DNA of 64,000 nt from Epithemia pelagica (lineage: Eukaryota; Protista; Bacillariophyta): positions 2,232,001 through 2,296,000 of the forward strand of contig OX337230.1 of NCBI GenBank assembly GCA_946965045.2, given 5' to 3'. The notes beneath the pieces were generated by a model. That model was not told the DNA's origin. It worked only from the letters and a program-made list of their open reading frames with translations, and did no database searches. A program made the position numbers and the translations under genes. Of the stretch, positions 11,257 through 20,155 are shown in pieces. Each line of letters begins with the position of its first letter. Position 1 is the first letter of the stretch.

Positions 11257-13134
11257 ATGCCCGGACAGGACATGCACCATCCGGTGTATGTCTACAACAT
11301 GCAAGATTCTTTTAGAATCGGTTCATTCGTCCATATTCGTTTGCCCAAACAAGATGAAGACACAACAACCATTGCCCGTCTTGATTATGCCTCTGACGGC
11401 GAATTGGCCTTAACACTTTTCTTTCCGCTCTTCCCTCCCACGGAGTTGACTTGCCACCCACCACCCCCTGACCATTCCATCGACCCAATTGTTCACGGAA
11501 CAGGCAAAGACCATATCGAGTTATACCGGTCTGGCATCCAAATCAAACAATCCCATGTGATACACAAACAAATTCCTGTCCTATACCCTGCCTTCGTCTT
11601 CAACATTCAAGATTTGTCACATCCACAAAACGCTTGGGCCTCTGGAATGCGTAATGTCTACGTTGTACGCTATAAACAACGCCGCATAGACGATGTTCCG
11701 AAACTTGTCCCCATCAAGCCTAACGAGGTTGTCTGTTTTCCCACTGAAAACATTGCTCCTGACGAGAACTCACTCATTCTCTGTCATCGCTGTTATCATC
11801 GGAATGTCTGGACGGGTCTTTACTTGCTTCGCAAGGCCATAAGTAAAGTACTGAACCGCAGAAGTGGTACTTCGGAGAAGCATCAAGTGGTCAATACCTG
11901 TGCCATTGGTCTAATACCGTTGGAAGTCTTCAATTACATTCATGTTATTGCCAATTCCAATGTCCGTACACTAACCTGTCACCACCTTTCTTCTTCAGAG
12001 TCCTACATGCATATTGACGAGCATCTTACCCGCCGTAAGCTCAAATTCGAATTTGAACAGGGTATGATGCGTTTCGTCTCCTGTGATGACATGGACCTAC
12101 TTCGCCAATTCCTCGGTCTCGGAGCTGTCTATGGCTCACCGGAAATCAAGCCTACGTTAGCAGAATCAAAGCACGGGCACTCCTTGAAAAAAGGACACGC
12201 ACTTACCCTTGTCCAAGGCTCGAATAATGAAAATGCTTCCCCTCCCTTCAAACGTTGGTCCAAGGAACAACGGGTGGATATTTCCTTCTCACCCACACAG
12301 GTTCGTGTTACAGTTTCGTATTGCCGTTACCGCTACGACACCTTCCGATCGAATGGTGCTCTCAAACACGAACCTCCTACTCCTCATCTACAGGCACTGC
12401 TACGACGTCGGAAGTACGACGAACGACCTGATACAGTCTTTTGTCCAAAATCCAAGATTTCTCCGAGTCCATCTTCTGCCTCTGGCCAGCCTTCTGATAT
12501 TTCTGGCGATATTGACTCTTCCCCCCAAGATTTTCCTGACAAGAAACCTGCCGCAGCCGATGACGACACGTTCCACCAGATCCTCAACATGTCGGAAGAC
12601 AGTATTCTGTCGGACGACGAGGAAGAGGACCAGGCTCACCCTTTAGCAACGACCATTCCTGATGTCAATTCGAAGACATCAGATGAGGCAAGTATCAAGA
12701 ATGGACCGACGAAGAAAAAGAATTCTCCCGGCTCCTCTGTTGAGGATCTTCATCTTCAACCGATGGAAGATCATATGAAAATCAAGATTGGTCTGATTTG
12801 TGCCTATGTCGGTGATCAATTCTACGACCAACAGTCCGTAGTCGAAATCGAATTCATTCTCAAGCCCTCCGTCGATAAACGATTTCTCATTCGTGACAAG
12901 AAAACGGGGAAGCTCTTTACCTCGACTATCCATTCCCCCACGTCCACCAACGAACCGTCCTTCTCTGCTGGATACAGCCACGAAGCCACCATCCCAAGTA
13001 CCAAAGGTCCGTTTTATGTATGTCGTCCAGTGGCTGGTTCCCTACACGTCAAGGATCTCGAGTCCTGTCATCAAATGATCATTGTCAAGGAACATTCTAC
13101 GGAAATACTACGCAAGATTCGTGACTTCAACTAA
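11257..13134 (+). CDS. Transposon-encoded 625-aa protein of unknown function; N-terminus BAH-like by eye
   Basis: Intact ATG-to-TAA ORF inside the TIRs. FRIGSFVHIR..IARL..LTLFF recalls the BAH pattern; acidic/Ser-Pro linker at about aa 410-490. Confidence 0.75.
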   Translation: MPGQDMHHPVYVYNMQDSFRIGSFVHIRLPKQDEDTTTIARLDYASDGELALTLFFPLFPPTELTCHPPPPDHSIDPIVHGTGKDHIELYRSGIQIKQSHVIHKQIPVLYPAFVFNIQDLSHPQNAWASGMRNVYVVRYKQRRIDDVPKLVPIKPNEVVCFPTENIAPDENSLILCHRCYHRNVWTGLYLLRKAISKVLNRRSGTSEKHQVVNTCAIGLIPLEVFNYIHVIANSNVRTLTCHHLSSSESYMHIDEHLTRRKLKFEFEQGMMRFVSCDDMDLLRQFLGLGAVYGSPEIKPTLAESKHGHSLKKGHALTLVQGSNNENASPPFKRWSKEQRVDISFSPTQVRVTVSYCRYRYDTFRSNGALKHEPPTPHLQALLRRRKYDERPDTVFCPKSKISPSPSSASGQPSDISGDIDSSPQDFPDKKPAAADDDTFHQILNMSEDSILSDDEEEDQAHPLATTIPDVNSKTSDEASIKNGPTKKKNSPGSSVEDLHLQPMEDHMKIKIGLICAYVGDQFYDQQSVVEIEFILKPSVDKRFLIRDKKTGKLFTSTIHSPTSTNEPSFSAGYSHEATIPSTKGPFYVCRPVAGSLHVKDLESCHQMIIVKEHSTEILRKIRDFN

Positions 13135-13161
13135 ACAGTAGGAGTAACCATTAGTCATTCT

Positions 13162-15468
13162 CTATTCGCTTTCTTCATCACTACCAATTTCATATCTTTC
13201 GCTTTGTTCCTCTTCATCTGCAACGCTCGATGATTCCGATTCGTCTTCGGACAATTCCGATTCGTCGACGGTTCGTCCTTTGCTGTCATATAACTTGAAC
13301 GCAAGATTGCGGACCGCTTCGTCCAAAGATTGTTCATACAACGCACTCTTACCGATAGTGTAATCAAATTGTAGCTCAACTCTCTCTTCCTCAGCTCCCA
13401 AAGCAACTTCGGATGGTCTGTCACTTATCAATTGACCGAATTCTATAGTTCCACCCAGGTTCTTCACCCAATCCCTTGAATAGTCCTTGTCTTCCTGTGT
13501 CAGAGAAGCAAGTTCATTCCGAATATCCTCCTCTGTATACTTTCGCATGAATATGGTACGTCGCTGTACCCATCGTGCCATCGGAAGAAGTCGAGACTGC
13601 TTCCCACGGCCTTTGCTCACGCCCCCCCCCCTTCTTTGTGTACGATTGAAAAAGTAGGTTTTGAATGCGCTATTGAACGCTTCCCAACCTTGTTGCGAGT
13701 GGTTGGACAAGTTTCGCCAGTGTTGTAGATACTCTAGTACATGTCCTGAGCCAAGCATATGGCCATAGTTGGTGATCCCCTCGGATCCGTGTAATTCAAT
13801 CCGATTGCGGAACCACAGATCTGCAGACCTTTGGAATTCCCATACCTCTTGGTCCGAGAACGGGGTCCGCTGGCGTAGTTTTGTCATTGCATCCGCGTAA
13901 TGACCAACCGACTCCTTCCATAGTTCCTTATCTTCCTCGTTGTCTATACACAAGTCCACGAAGCTAGAGATTCCAATCAGCATTGCTCGGACCTGCACGT
14001 TGTCCAGCTTTACAATTCCAACTTGCTTGGTATCCTCGTCGAAAGGTATACTCCATTGTGCTTGGTTTGTTAGGGTCCCCAGCATCTCTCGGTTGATTCG
14101 TTTCTCGAGTTCTGCTTTGAGAGTATGACAGGCGGTTACGTCACTTCCTTTACAATTGTCCGGCATCCAAGCCAACGTACCCTTTTTGGTATTGGTGAAA
14201 CCATCTTTGAGGCACATTGTCAGGATCTTAATACCCAACCGGATCTCCATGTGCAATATACATGGTACTAGATCCATCATCATGACCAAAGCCGAGTTGG
14301 CATTGCCCTGTCCAAACTTCTTCACAGTTTTAGAAGCATCATGGTACGTCCACTCGGAAACATGTTGAAGAAAGAGCCGTGCCTGCCTTTGTACGAGAGA
14401 TCCTTCCAGCGATAGGTCGCGTAAGGCCAAGTCTTCTGTGAGGTAGGTAGAATAAGTTTTCCGTTGTGGACGGGTTGCTTTTTCCAAATCGAAATGAATG
14501 GAAGATAAATTGTCTTTCTCATTCTCACCATGTGGAATCCGAGGATCACCCCGCACCGCTATGTGAGACTCATCCCAAATCTCTTCGATCTGCTTGCTTA
14601 TTGCTGGCATGTCTTTTTCGAACCGTTTGACTCTACTGCGTAGTGTCTTCAGGTGCTCTGGTGTGCACATTTTGTGGTGGCGGCACTCCCATTCTGGTAT
14701 ATTGTCGTGTCCCATAGCATAACACCAATTACAGAATATCCTCTCTTCTTCTGTTGACTCGTCATCGTCTTGTGGATATGTAGGCATGGCCAGGTTGGTA
14801 GATTCTATAGGACACTTTGTACATGGGAAACGGGCATTCTTGGCTGCACCTCCACATCCTGCGAGTTTCCACTCGCAGGACATGTCGCAGTTCGTAACGA
14901 TCCAGATTGCCATAATGCCGAGGAGACGGGGGAGTATTGTATGCGCAGCTTCCGCAATCTCAGCGAACAAGATGGAGAAAATTCCTCGAACGTTCTTCTT
15001 TTTCTCACCTCCCATGACACATAGAAGAGGTGTGACATCATTCCGGGAGGAGGTGAGTGGGTTGGAGCTGTCGTTAAACTTCAACCCGGCCATTGTGATT
15101 TGGTGTTTCTTAGAAAGGGTGGCTCCGTCGAGAGTCTGTGCCATCATCAAGTTTCGGGACTTGGCATCCTCCGCGACGTCACGAGCGAGTATGATTTCCC
15201 GACCCATATCGGATGGGCGGAAGTAGAATCCTTCCGAACCGTCGTTTGTGTCTCTAATCATCTTGAAGCGTATCTTGATATTTCCAAAGGATTCAATCAT
15301 CGCCGCCATTTGTTTTAGGGAACTGGAACTAGGGATCATAGTTCGCAAATGCTTTTTACCGTCGTTCTCACATCGGCGAAGAATCTCGATTCCTTCGAAG
15401 GTTAATACCCCCCCTGCCAAGTCCATGTGGCGTAGAATCCGGAAGGGGGTAAAGACTGTTGTCCGCAT
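13162..15468 (-). CDS. DDE transposase core, RAG1/Transib/Chapaev-like (768-aa ORF)
   Basis: In order: TLDGA (D114), PLLCVMGGE, TNCDM (D195), PCTKC, CILHMEIR, ITNYGHMLGSGH, SQQGWEAFNSAFK (E596). Collinear with the RAG1 core motifs CDG, PLCLMLADE, GYDEK, CTLC, ALHCDI, ITNYFHKTLAH, SEGNESGNK. Confidence 0.8.
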   Translation of the reverse strand: MRTTVFTPFRILRHMDLAGGVLTFEGIEILRRCENDGKKHLRTMIPSSSSLKQMAAMIESFGNIKIRFKMIRDTNDGSEGFYFRPSDMGREIILARDVAEDAKSRNLMMAQTLDGATLSKKHQITMAGLKFNDSSNPLTSSRNDVTPLLCVMGGEKKKNVRGIFSILFAEIAEAAHTILPRLLGIMAIWIVTNCDMSCEWKLAGCGGAAKNARFPCTKCPIESTNLAMPTYPQDDDESTEEERIFCNWCYAMGHDNIPEWECRHHKMCTPEHLKTLRSRVKRFEKDMPAISKQIEEIWDESHIAVRGDPRIPHGENEKDNLSSIHFDLEKATRPQRKTYSTYLTEDLALRDLSLEGSLVQRQARLFLQHVSEWTYHDASKTVKKFGQGNANSALVMMMDLVPCILHMEIRLGIKILTMCLKDGFTNTKKGTLAWMPDNCKGSDVTACHTLKAELEKRINREMLGTLTNQAQWSIPFDEDTKQVGIVKLDNVQVRAMLIGISSFVDLCIDNEEDKELWKESVGHYADAMTKLRQRTPFSDQEVWEFQRSADLWFRNRIELHGSEGITNYGHMLGSGHVLEYLQHWRNLSNHSQQGWEAFNSAFKTYFFNRTQRRGGGVSKGRGKQSRLLPMARWVQRRTIFMRKYTEEDIRNELASLTQEDKDYSRDWVKNLGGTIEFGQLISDRPSEVALGAEEERVELQFDYTIGKSALYEQSLDEAVRNLAFKLYDSKGRTVDESELSEDESESSSVADEEEQSERYEIGSDEESE

Positions 15469-15504
15469 GAAAGTTTTGAATTGCCGTAGGAATCGATGTT
15501 GTAA

Positions 15505-16995
15505 CTATCCGCCATGAAGGTCCGAGCCCAAAAACATATCGGCTAATAACTGAAAGAACTTGTCCGTTCTTCGACTGTCTATGGCATGGTTCTGTACGCT
15601 TTGTTTTACAACATCGTGGATGTAGTCAACGATCTCTTGGGCGCGGTCGTCATCGGTACAGGAAGAGGGAGGAAGTCGTCCATATTTTTCCTCATTCTCT
15701 TTCCTTGCTTCCTCTAGAGAGCGAATTTTGTCATCTTTGGCTTTGATATTTTTATCCTGGACCTTGTTACGTCGTTCCAGCTTTCGGATCTTATCTCTCA
15801 TCTCTCGAAGTCGTTCTTTCAGCAAATCAATGCGTGCAACAAGCAGATCCTTTTCGCGTTGGGGAGATAGAGGTTGTCGAACTGGTGAATGAGATACACG
15901 GGTGATTGCTGCTCTTGGAGATGTCAAGTTGCGACCGGCTAGGGAGGGGGGGGGGGGGGGGGAGAGAGGAAAAAGTTGGCTGCCAGTTAGTGGACGGCCA
16001 TTCGCGTCATTGGTGGTTGGAAAGGTCCTTGCACCCTCGAACAGACTCTGGTTGGGGAGCGTGGAGGTTGTATTTGTATTGGTTGTCGTTGGAGAACGGG
16101 TAGCTGTTGGGTTCAAAGTTGTCTGTGACAACATGTCGGTTTGAAAGATTATCGTCGTAGGTTGATGAGAAGATTGTGGTGGTTCGGTAGAACCTTGTTG
16201 CAATCTGCCCGTTGAGTCAATTTGTTGTGCTTCTGGGGAAGAATGACCATCGGTCCTATTGGATTCATTGATATTCTCTGGATTGGGAAGAAGAGTCGTC
16301 CTACGAACAGTCTCTGTTCCGTGTGATGACTCCTCGTCATCAAGAGTGGTGGTAAGAACAACGGCTTGCTTTCGACGGTGAGTTCGTTGCATCGGTGAAA
16401 TATTGGGAGCGGGTCCATTGCTTTGGTTCTGGTTTGTAGGATTCGTCAACGCGGCCGTAAGATTTTGATTCAGCACTATCACGTGCGGTTTTGGGACTGG
16501 ACGCGATTTCTGGCCTCGGGGAAGAATAGCTTTGACACGTTGGGTTGGGTATCCGACGCCGGTATGTTCGCATTTGCAGCTCCAACGTCCATTTTTCACC
16601 TTTCTGTTGACGTAGACGGAAGGATTTGTCTTCTCGTATTCGTCTGCGTCGTGACAGTTCCCACAGAACTTGAAGCCACGATAGATTTCTCGGCGATAAC
16701 TTCCAAATACAGAACAGGGCTTGTGCGTGTGCTTCTTGAACTCTCGACAGATGCGGGCTATTCTTTCTCTTTCGTCGTACGTAGCTATTAATGGAGTTCC
16801 GTCGGAAGACAGCCTTTTTGCCCGAGTTTGCTTGTTGGGAGAGGGTGGCCTCTTGGCAATTTCGAGTTGCTTTCGTCCATCTATGACCTTTCGTGCAAAT
16901 TTAGGGATTGGTTGACAAGGAAAGGTTCCATCCCTCTTCCTCCTCTGTCGGCAACGTCGAGGAGAGGATTTCTTCGACTTGCTCCGAGTCTTCAT
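15505..16995 (-). CDS. Probable N-terminal half of the transposase (basic NLS-like start, Cys/His cluster, low-complexity linker, coiled coil)
   Basis: In frame with 13162-15468 across a single TAG (LHGG*LQHRFLRQFKTFMRTT). Contains CxxC (FCGNCH) and CKCEH; heptad-like LLVARIDLLKERLREMRDKIRKLE. Confidence 0.7.
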   Translation of the reverse strand: MKTRSKSKKSSPRRCRQRRKRDGTFPCQPIPKFARKVIDGRKQLEIAKRPPSPNKQTRAKRLSSDGTPLIATYDERERIARICREFKKHTHKPCSVFGSYRREIYRGFKFCGNCHDADEYEKTNPSVYVNRKVKNGRWSCKCEHTGVGYPTQRVKAILPRGQKSRPVPKPHVIVLNQNLTAALTNPTNQNQSNGPAPNISPMQRTHRRKQAVVLTTTLDDEESSHGTETVRRTTLLPNPENINESNRTDGHSSPEAQQIDSTGRLQQGSTEPPQSSHQPTTIIFQTDMLSQTTLNPTATRSPTTTNTNTTSTLPNQSLFEGARTFPTTNDANGRPLTGSQLFPLSPPPPPSLAGRNLTSPRAAITRVSHSPVRQPLSPQREKDLLVARIDLLKERLREMRDKIRKLERRNKVQDKNIKAKDDKIRSLEEARKENEEKYGRLPPSSCTDDDRAQEIVDYIHDVVKQSVQNHAIDSRRTDKFFQLLADMFLGSDLHGG

Positions 16996-17513
16996 TGCAA
17001 TAGAGCAATGGTTGTCGTGTCTCCTGGCTAGGATCTGACAGAGGGTCTCTGTTGGATGGAAAAAGATGAGATCAGTTTGACATCGGCCAAAATTCCAAAA
17101 AAGGAGATTGAACAACGATCAATGTGCGATTGGGGGGGTATGTTTGTATTAAGGAATGTATATATTTTTCCCGTTGAGGAAAGCCGGTCGAGATAGTTTT
17201 TGTGCAGTGTGCCACAATTTGGGAAAAATTTGGGGGGGCCTATTTCAGGTGCCAAATGCACGCCAATGCAACGTCGATAGGTGTTATATTCTATGTGATT
17301 TAGATTCTCCATTATCGAAAATGTCTAAATGTATCGGAACATAACACTCAACGGCAATCGGTTTGGTCCAAAAGGTCGTTGGAAGTGAGATGGTCGGTTT
17401 TGGGGAAATTTATTTAACAAATTGGGGTTGGGGGAGGAGTACATATGGAGGGTATAGTGAGAGTGTCACTTTCTGAAGGATGAATGAGTCGCATTTGGGA
17501 AACGCCAGCATGG

Positions 17514-17537
17514 ATTGATACAGCAGTGCTCGTATTG
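17514..17537 (-). repeat. Right TIR (24 bp)
   Basis: ATTGATACAGCAGTGCTCGTATTG, the reverse complement of the left TIR with 2 mismatches. Confidence 0.92.
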
Positions 17538-18282
17538 AATACCGTTTGTCTCGTGGTCAGGCTCTTAAAGTCTCACTCTTCTCTGATCCGCCCCTGATCA
17601 AGAAATGGACCAAACGTACCCAGGAACTGTTTGCGCTCAACAAGGAAGTTGCCTCCGATGAACTGACCCCACCGAAAGAGTTGACTTCGTTTACTCAGTG
17701 GGAGGTGTTTAACGATGCCTTGCTCACATTCCTTGCGCAGCATCGCAATCCTACAACGGGTGTCCCTTTGACGTACGTCCTTCGTGAAACTAAGCCTGTT
17801 GGTTCTGAAGCAAGGAATGCTGCCTACGATACTATCGATGACGATTTGATTGCTACAACTATCCTGCAAGGCGATCAGTATGCCCTTGACAATCAACGCG
17901 TCTTCATGCTGATGAAACCTTTTCTTGTTGGCGGACCTGGCCTGACGTTCATCAAGCCACACCAAAAGAAGAAGGACGGTCGTGAGGCGTATCTTGCGTT
18001 GACTCGCCAAGCTACTGGAACAGCAGCTGTCACCATCCGCAAGAAAGAAGCATACGCTGCTATTGCCGACGCGAAGTTTACGGGCCACGGTCGTTTCTCG
18101 TATCAACAATACGTTCATCGCCATCAGAAAGCTCATAATACGTTGGCTGAACTTGATGAACCCGTTGCCGAAACCAAAAAGGTAACCGATTTCCTCAAAG
18201 GTATATCGGATCCCTCTTTGGTGGCGGGAAAGACGGTCGTCAACGGTGACGCAGCAAAGCTCTCTGATTTTGAAGCATGCCA

Positions 18283-19935
18283 CGAAAAATCCTGAACTTG
18301 TCGTGAAGAACAATGAAGATTGCATTGCCGATTATACCAGACAAAAACATGTTTGGGAAGAAGCGGCGGCTCGTGCCTCTGCGTAGAAACTATGACAAAA
18401 GTCGATGTAACTTGCATCCTCCCTGGTTAGGATCCACATCCCCACCATTCGGCCTTCTTCGTACCTATTGTCGTCAATTAAGTCATCCAAACCATCAATA
18501 CCTCTAAGCAATTTCAAAACGACTCCTAGGGCACTTTGGTTTGAACAAGCTCTTTTGCCACACTTCTCTAACTTCCAATGGCTGTAGGTAGCATGCCTAG
18601 CTCAAGTATCGGAGACTGGCGCCTTTGATAGGAGTTGTCAGTTGCTCTCGTATTTATAATTTCGTAGAAAATCCCCGTTTTCCCCGTAATTCAAGGATGC
18701 GAACCTGCGACCGGAGCTTTCTGTGAAGTGAATCTTTCGTCTTTTCCTAAGATCGCACCATCAACGTCTCAGCATCATTGTTCCTATTGAACTCAGCAGC
18801 GTCCTTCTCTTCGCTTCATCTATCCAAGTGACCCAACCACCATCATGGTATTGAATCAAATTCGAGCGCGCTTCGGCAAAGCTCTAATGGAAGCGATTGG
18901 AACTTTTGTGTTGTTGTTGACGATTCAATTGGCAGTCCATTCGCCGTCGAACTCTGACAAGGCTCCCATGTCCATTGGTTTGGTGCTTATGGTCTTGGTG
19001 TACGCCGGTGCTCCGATTTCTGGAGCCCATTACAATCCGGCCGTGACGTTGGCCTTGACCTTGACGGGTCGAGGATGTTTTCATGCGCACGGTCTGATTG
19101 TATATTGGATCTTTCAATGCGCGGGCGCCATTGCTGGCGCCGCGGTCGGCAATGCCTTGATTCCAGACAACGACGAAGCGGCAAACATTGCTGTGGATTC
19201 TCATGTCACGGTTTGGCAAGCCTTGGGTGGTGAATTGGTCTTTACGACCCTTTTGTGTTTGGTCGTCTTGTGTACCGCCACGCACTCCAAAGTCGAAAAC
19301 AATGGCTATTTTGGCGCCGCCATTGGTTTGACTGTCACGGCCGGGGCCGTGGCGGCTGGTCCATGGTCCGGTGGAGCCTTCAATCCGGCCGTGTCCTTGG
19401 GATTGGGTATCGTGGCCATGGATTTGGGCAGTGGATACAATTTCATTACCGCCCTGGTCAATTTGTTGGGCGGTGTCATGGCAGCCGCCCTGTTTTACCT
19501 CGTGGCACCGGATCAATACGACCCGACACAGAGCCAGTACGAACCCATTGCCGGAGGAGTGGCTGCATAAGTGGAGGACCGCGACCAAAGACAGAAGGCA
19601 ACAGTAGTTATGCAGGAATCATTGTCTCACAAAATCATCCATAAATTAATGAGAAAAGGACTTCGAGTTGGTTGGGCCATGTTCGCTTAGAAAGAATATC
19701 GGTGCCGTGTTCTTACCTTGTGCCAGATATCTGACCGTAGGCCATGATCGTGTTGGAAGTCTGTTTTCTGCATTATAGCCGCATGCAATAGGGAAAACGG
19801 GAACTTTTTGTGAGGCTATGGCTCGCCACTAGCTAGAACTACCTACTCCCATGGTGAGAGAGAGATATTCGAATCATATCCAAGAATACTCATTGGGAAT
19901 GAGATGCGTCGTTAAATAGAAGTTTCGTGACCAAC
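18283..19935 (+). repeat. Duplicated host segment, copy A', ending at the empty Copia insertion site
   Basis: Matches 7255-9762. After GTGACCAAC it continues into unique host DNA (TGAGCCAAT) instead of the LTR. Confidence 0.95.
18845..19570 (+). CDS. Aquaporin (MIP family), copy 2, same protein as copy 1
   Basis: Same 241-aa translation, and the overlapping alternative-frame ORFs listed in the track are also identical. Confidence 0.95.
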   Translation: MVLNQIRARFGKALMEAIGTFVLLLTIQLAVHSPSNSDKAPMSIGLVLMVLVYAGAPISGAHYNPAVTLALTLTGRGCFHAHGLIVYWIFQCAGAIAGAAVGNALIPDNDEAANIAVDSHVTVWQALGGELVFTTLLCLVVLCTATHSKVENNGYFGAAIGLTVTAGAVAAGPWSGGAFNPAVSLGLGIVAMDLGSGYNFITALVNLLGGVMAAALFYLVAPDQYDPTQSQYEPIAGGVAA

Positions 19936-20155
19936 TGAGCCAATCGAACCAAAACCAAAAAGACCGCTACTGAATTTGATGCAGTGAATCATCCCCGACA
20001 TGATTTACCCAATCGGCCGCCAGTTTACGCCCGACCATTTTCGAACTGCCCTCACTATTTGTTGCGGGTCTTTTGGGGGTGTTTCGCTTTTGCAAAGTTT
20101 CCAATGGACTGATTCATGTCATGAACCAAGAACAGTTGACAGAGCTTGACGGAAA

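Larger units (their letters stand above)
10906..17537. mobile_element. 6632-bp TIR DNA transposon with a RAG1/Transib/Chapaev-like transposase and a convergent second gene
   Basis: 24-bp TIRs CAATACGAGCACT(CG/GC)TGTATCAAT. Removing it restores the intact gag sequence plus one extra A. It carries DDE transposase motifs. Confidence 0.9.
9763..18282 (+). mobile_element. 3'-truncated Ty1/Copia LTR retrotransposon (5' LTR, leader, partial gag) carrying a nested DNA transposon
   Basis: LTR, leader and gag match the intact element at 35545-42561 in reverse orientation. The sequence breaks off within gag at 18282; no pol or 3' LTR. Confidence 0.93.
10658..18282 (+). pseudogene. gag: Copia gag, interrupted at 10905/17538 and truncated at 18282
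   Basis: 10658-10905 encodes MSSSTAPENP..HGFRMWL and 17538-18282 resumes (E)YR-SRGQALKVSLF..SDFEAC, almost identical to gag at 40130-41668. Confidence 0.92.

Noticed and set aside
17546-18295. 249-aa ORF as an independent gag-host fusion gene
   Set aside because: A gag fragment left by the insertion; the fusion adds only about 4 out-of-frame residues and it has no ATG start.
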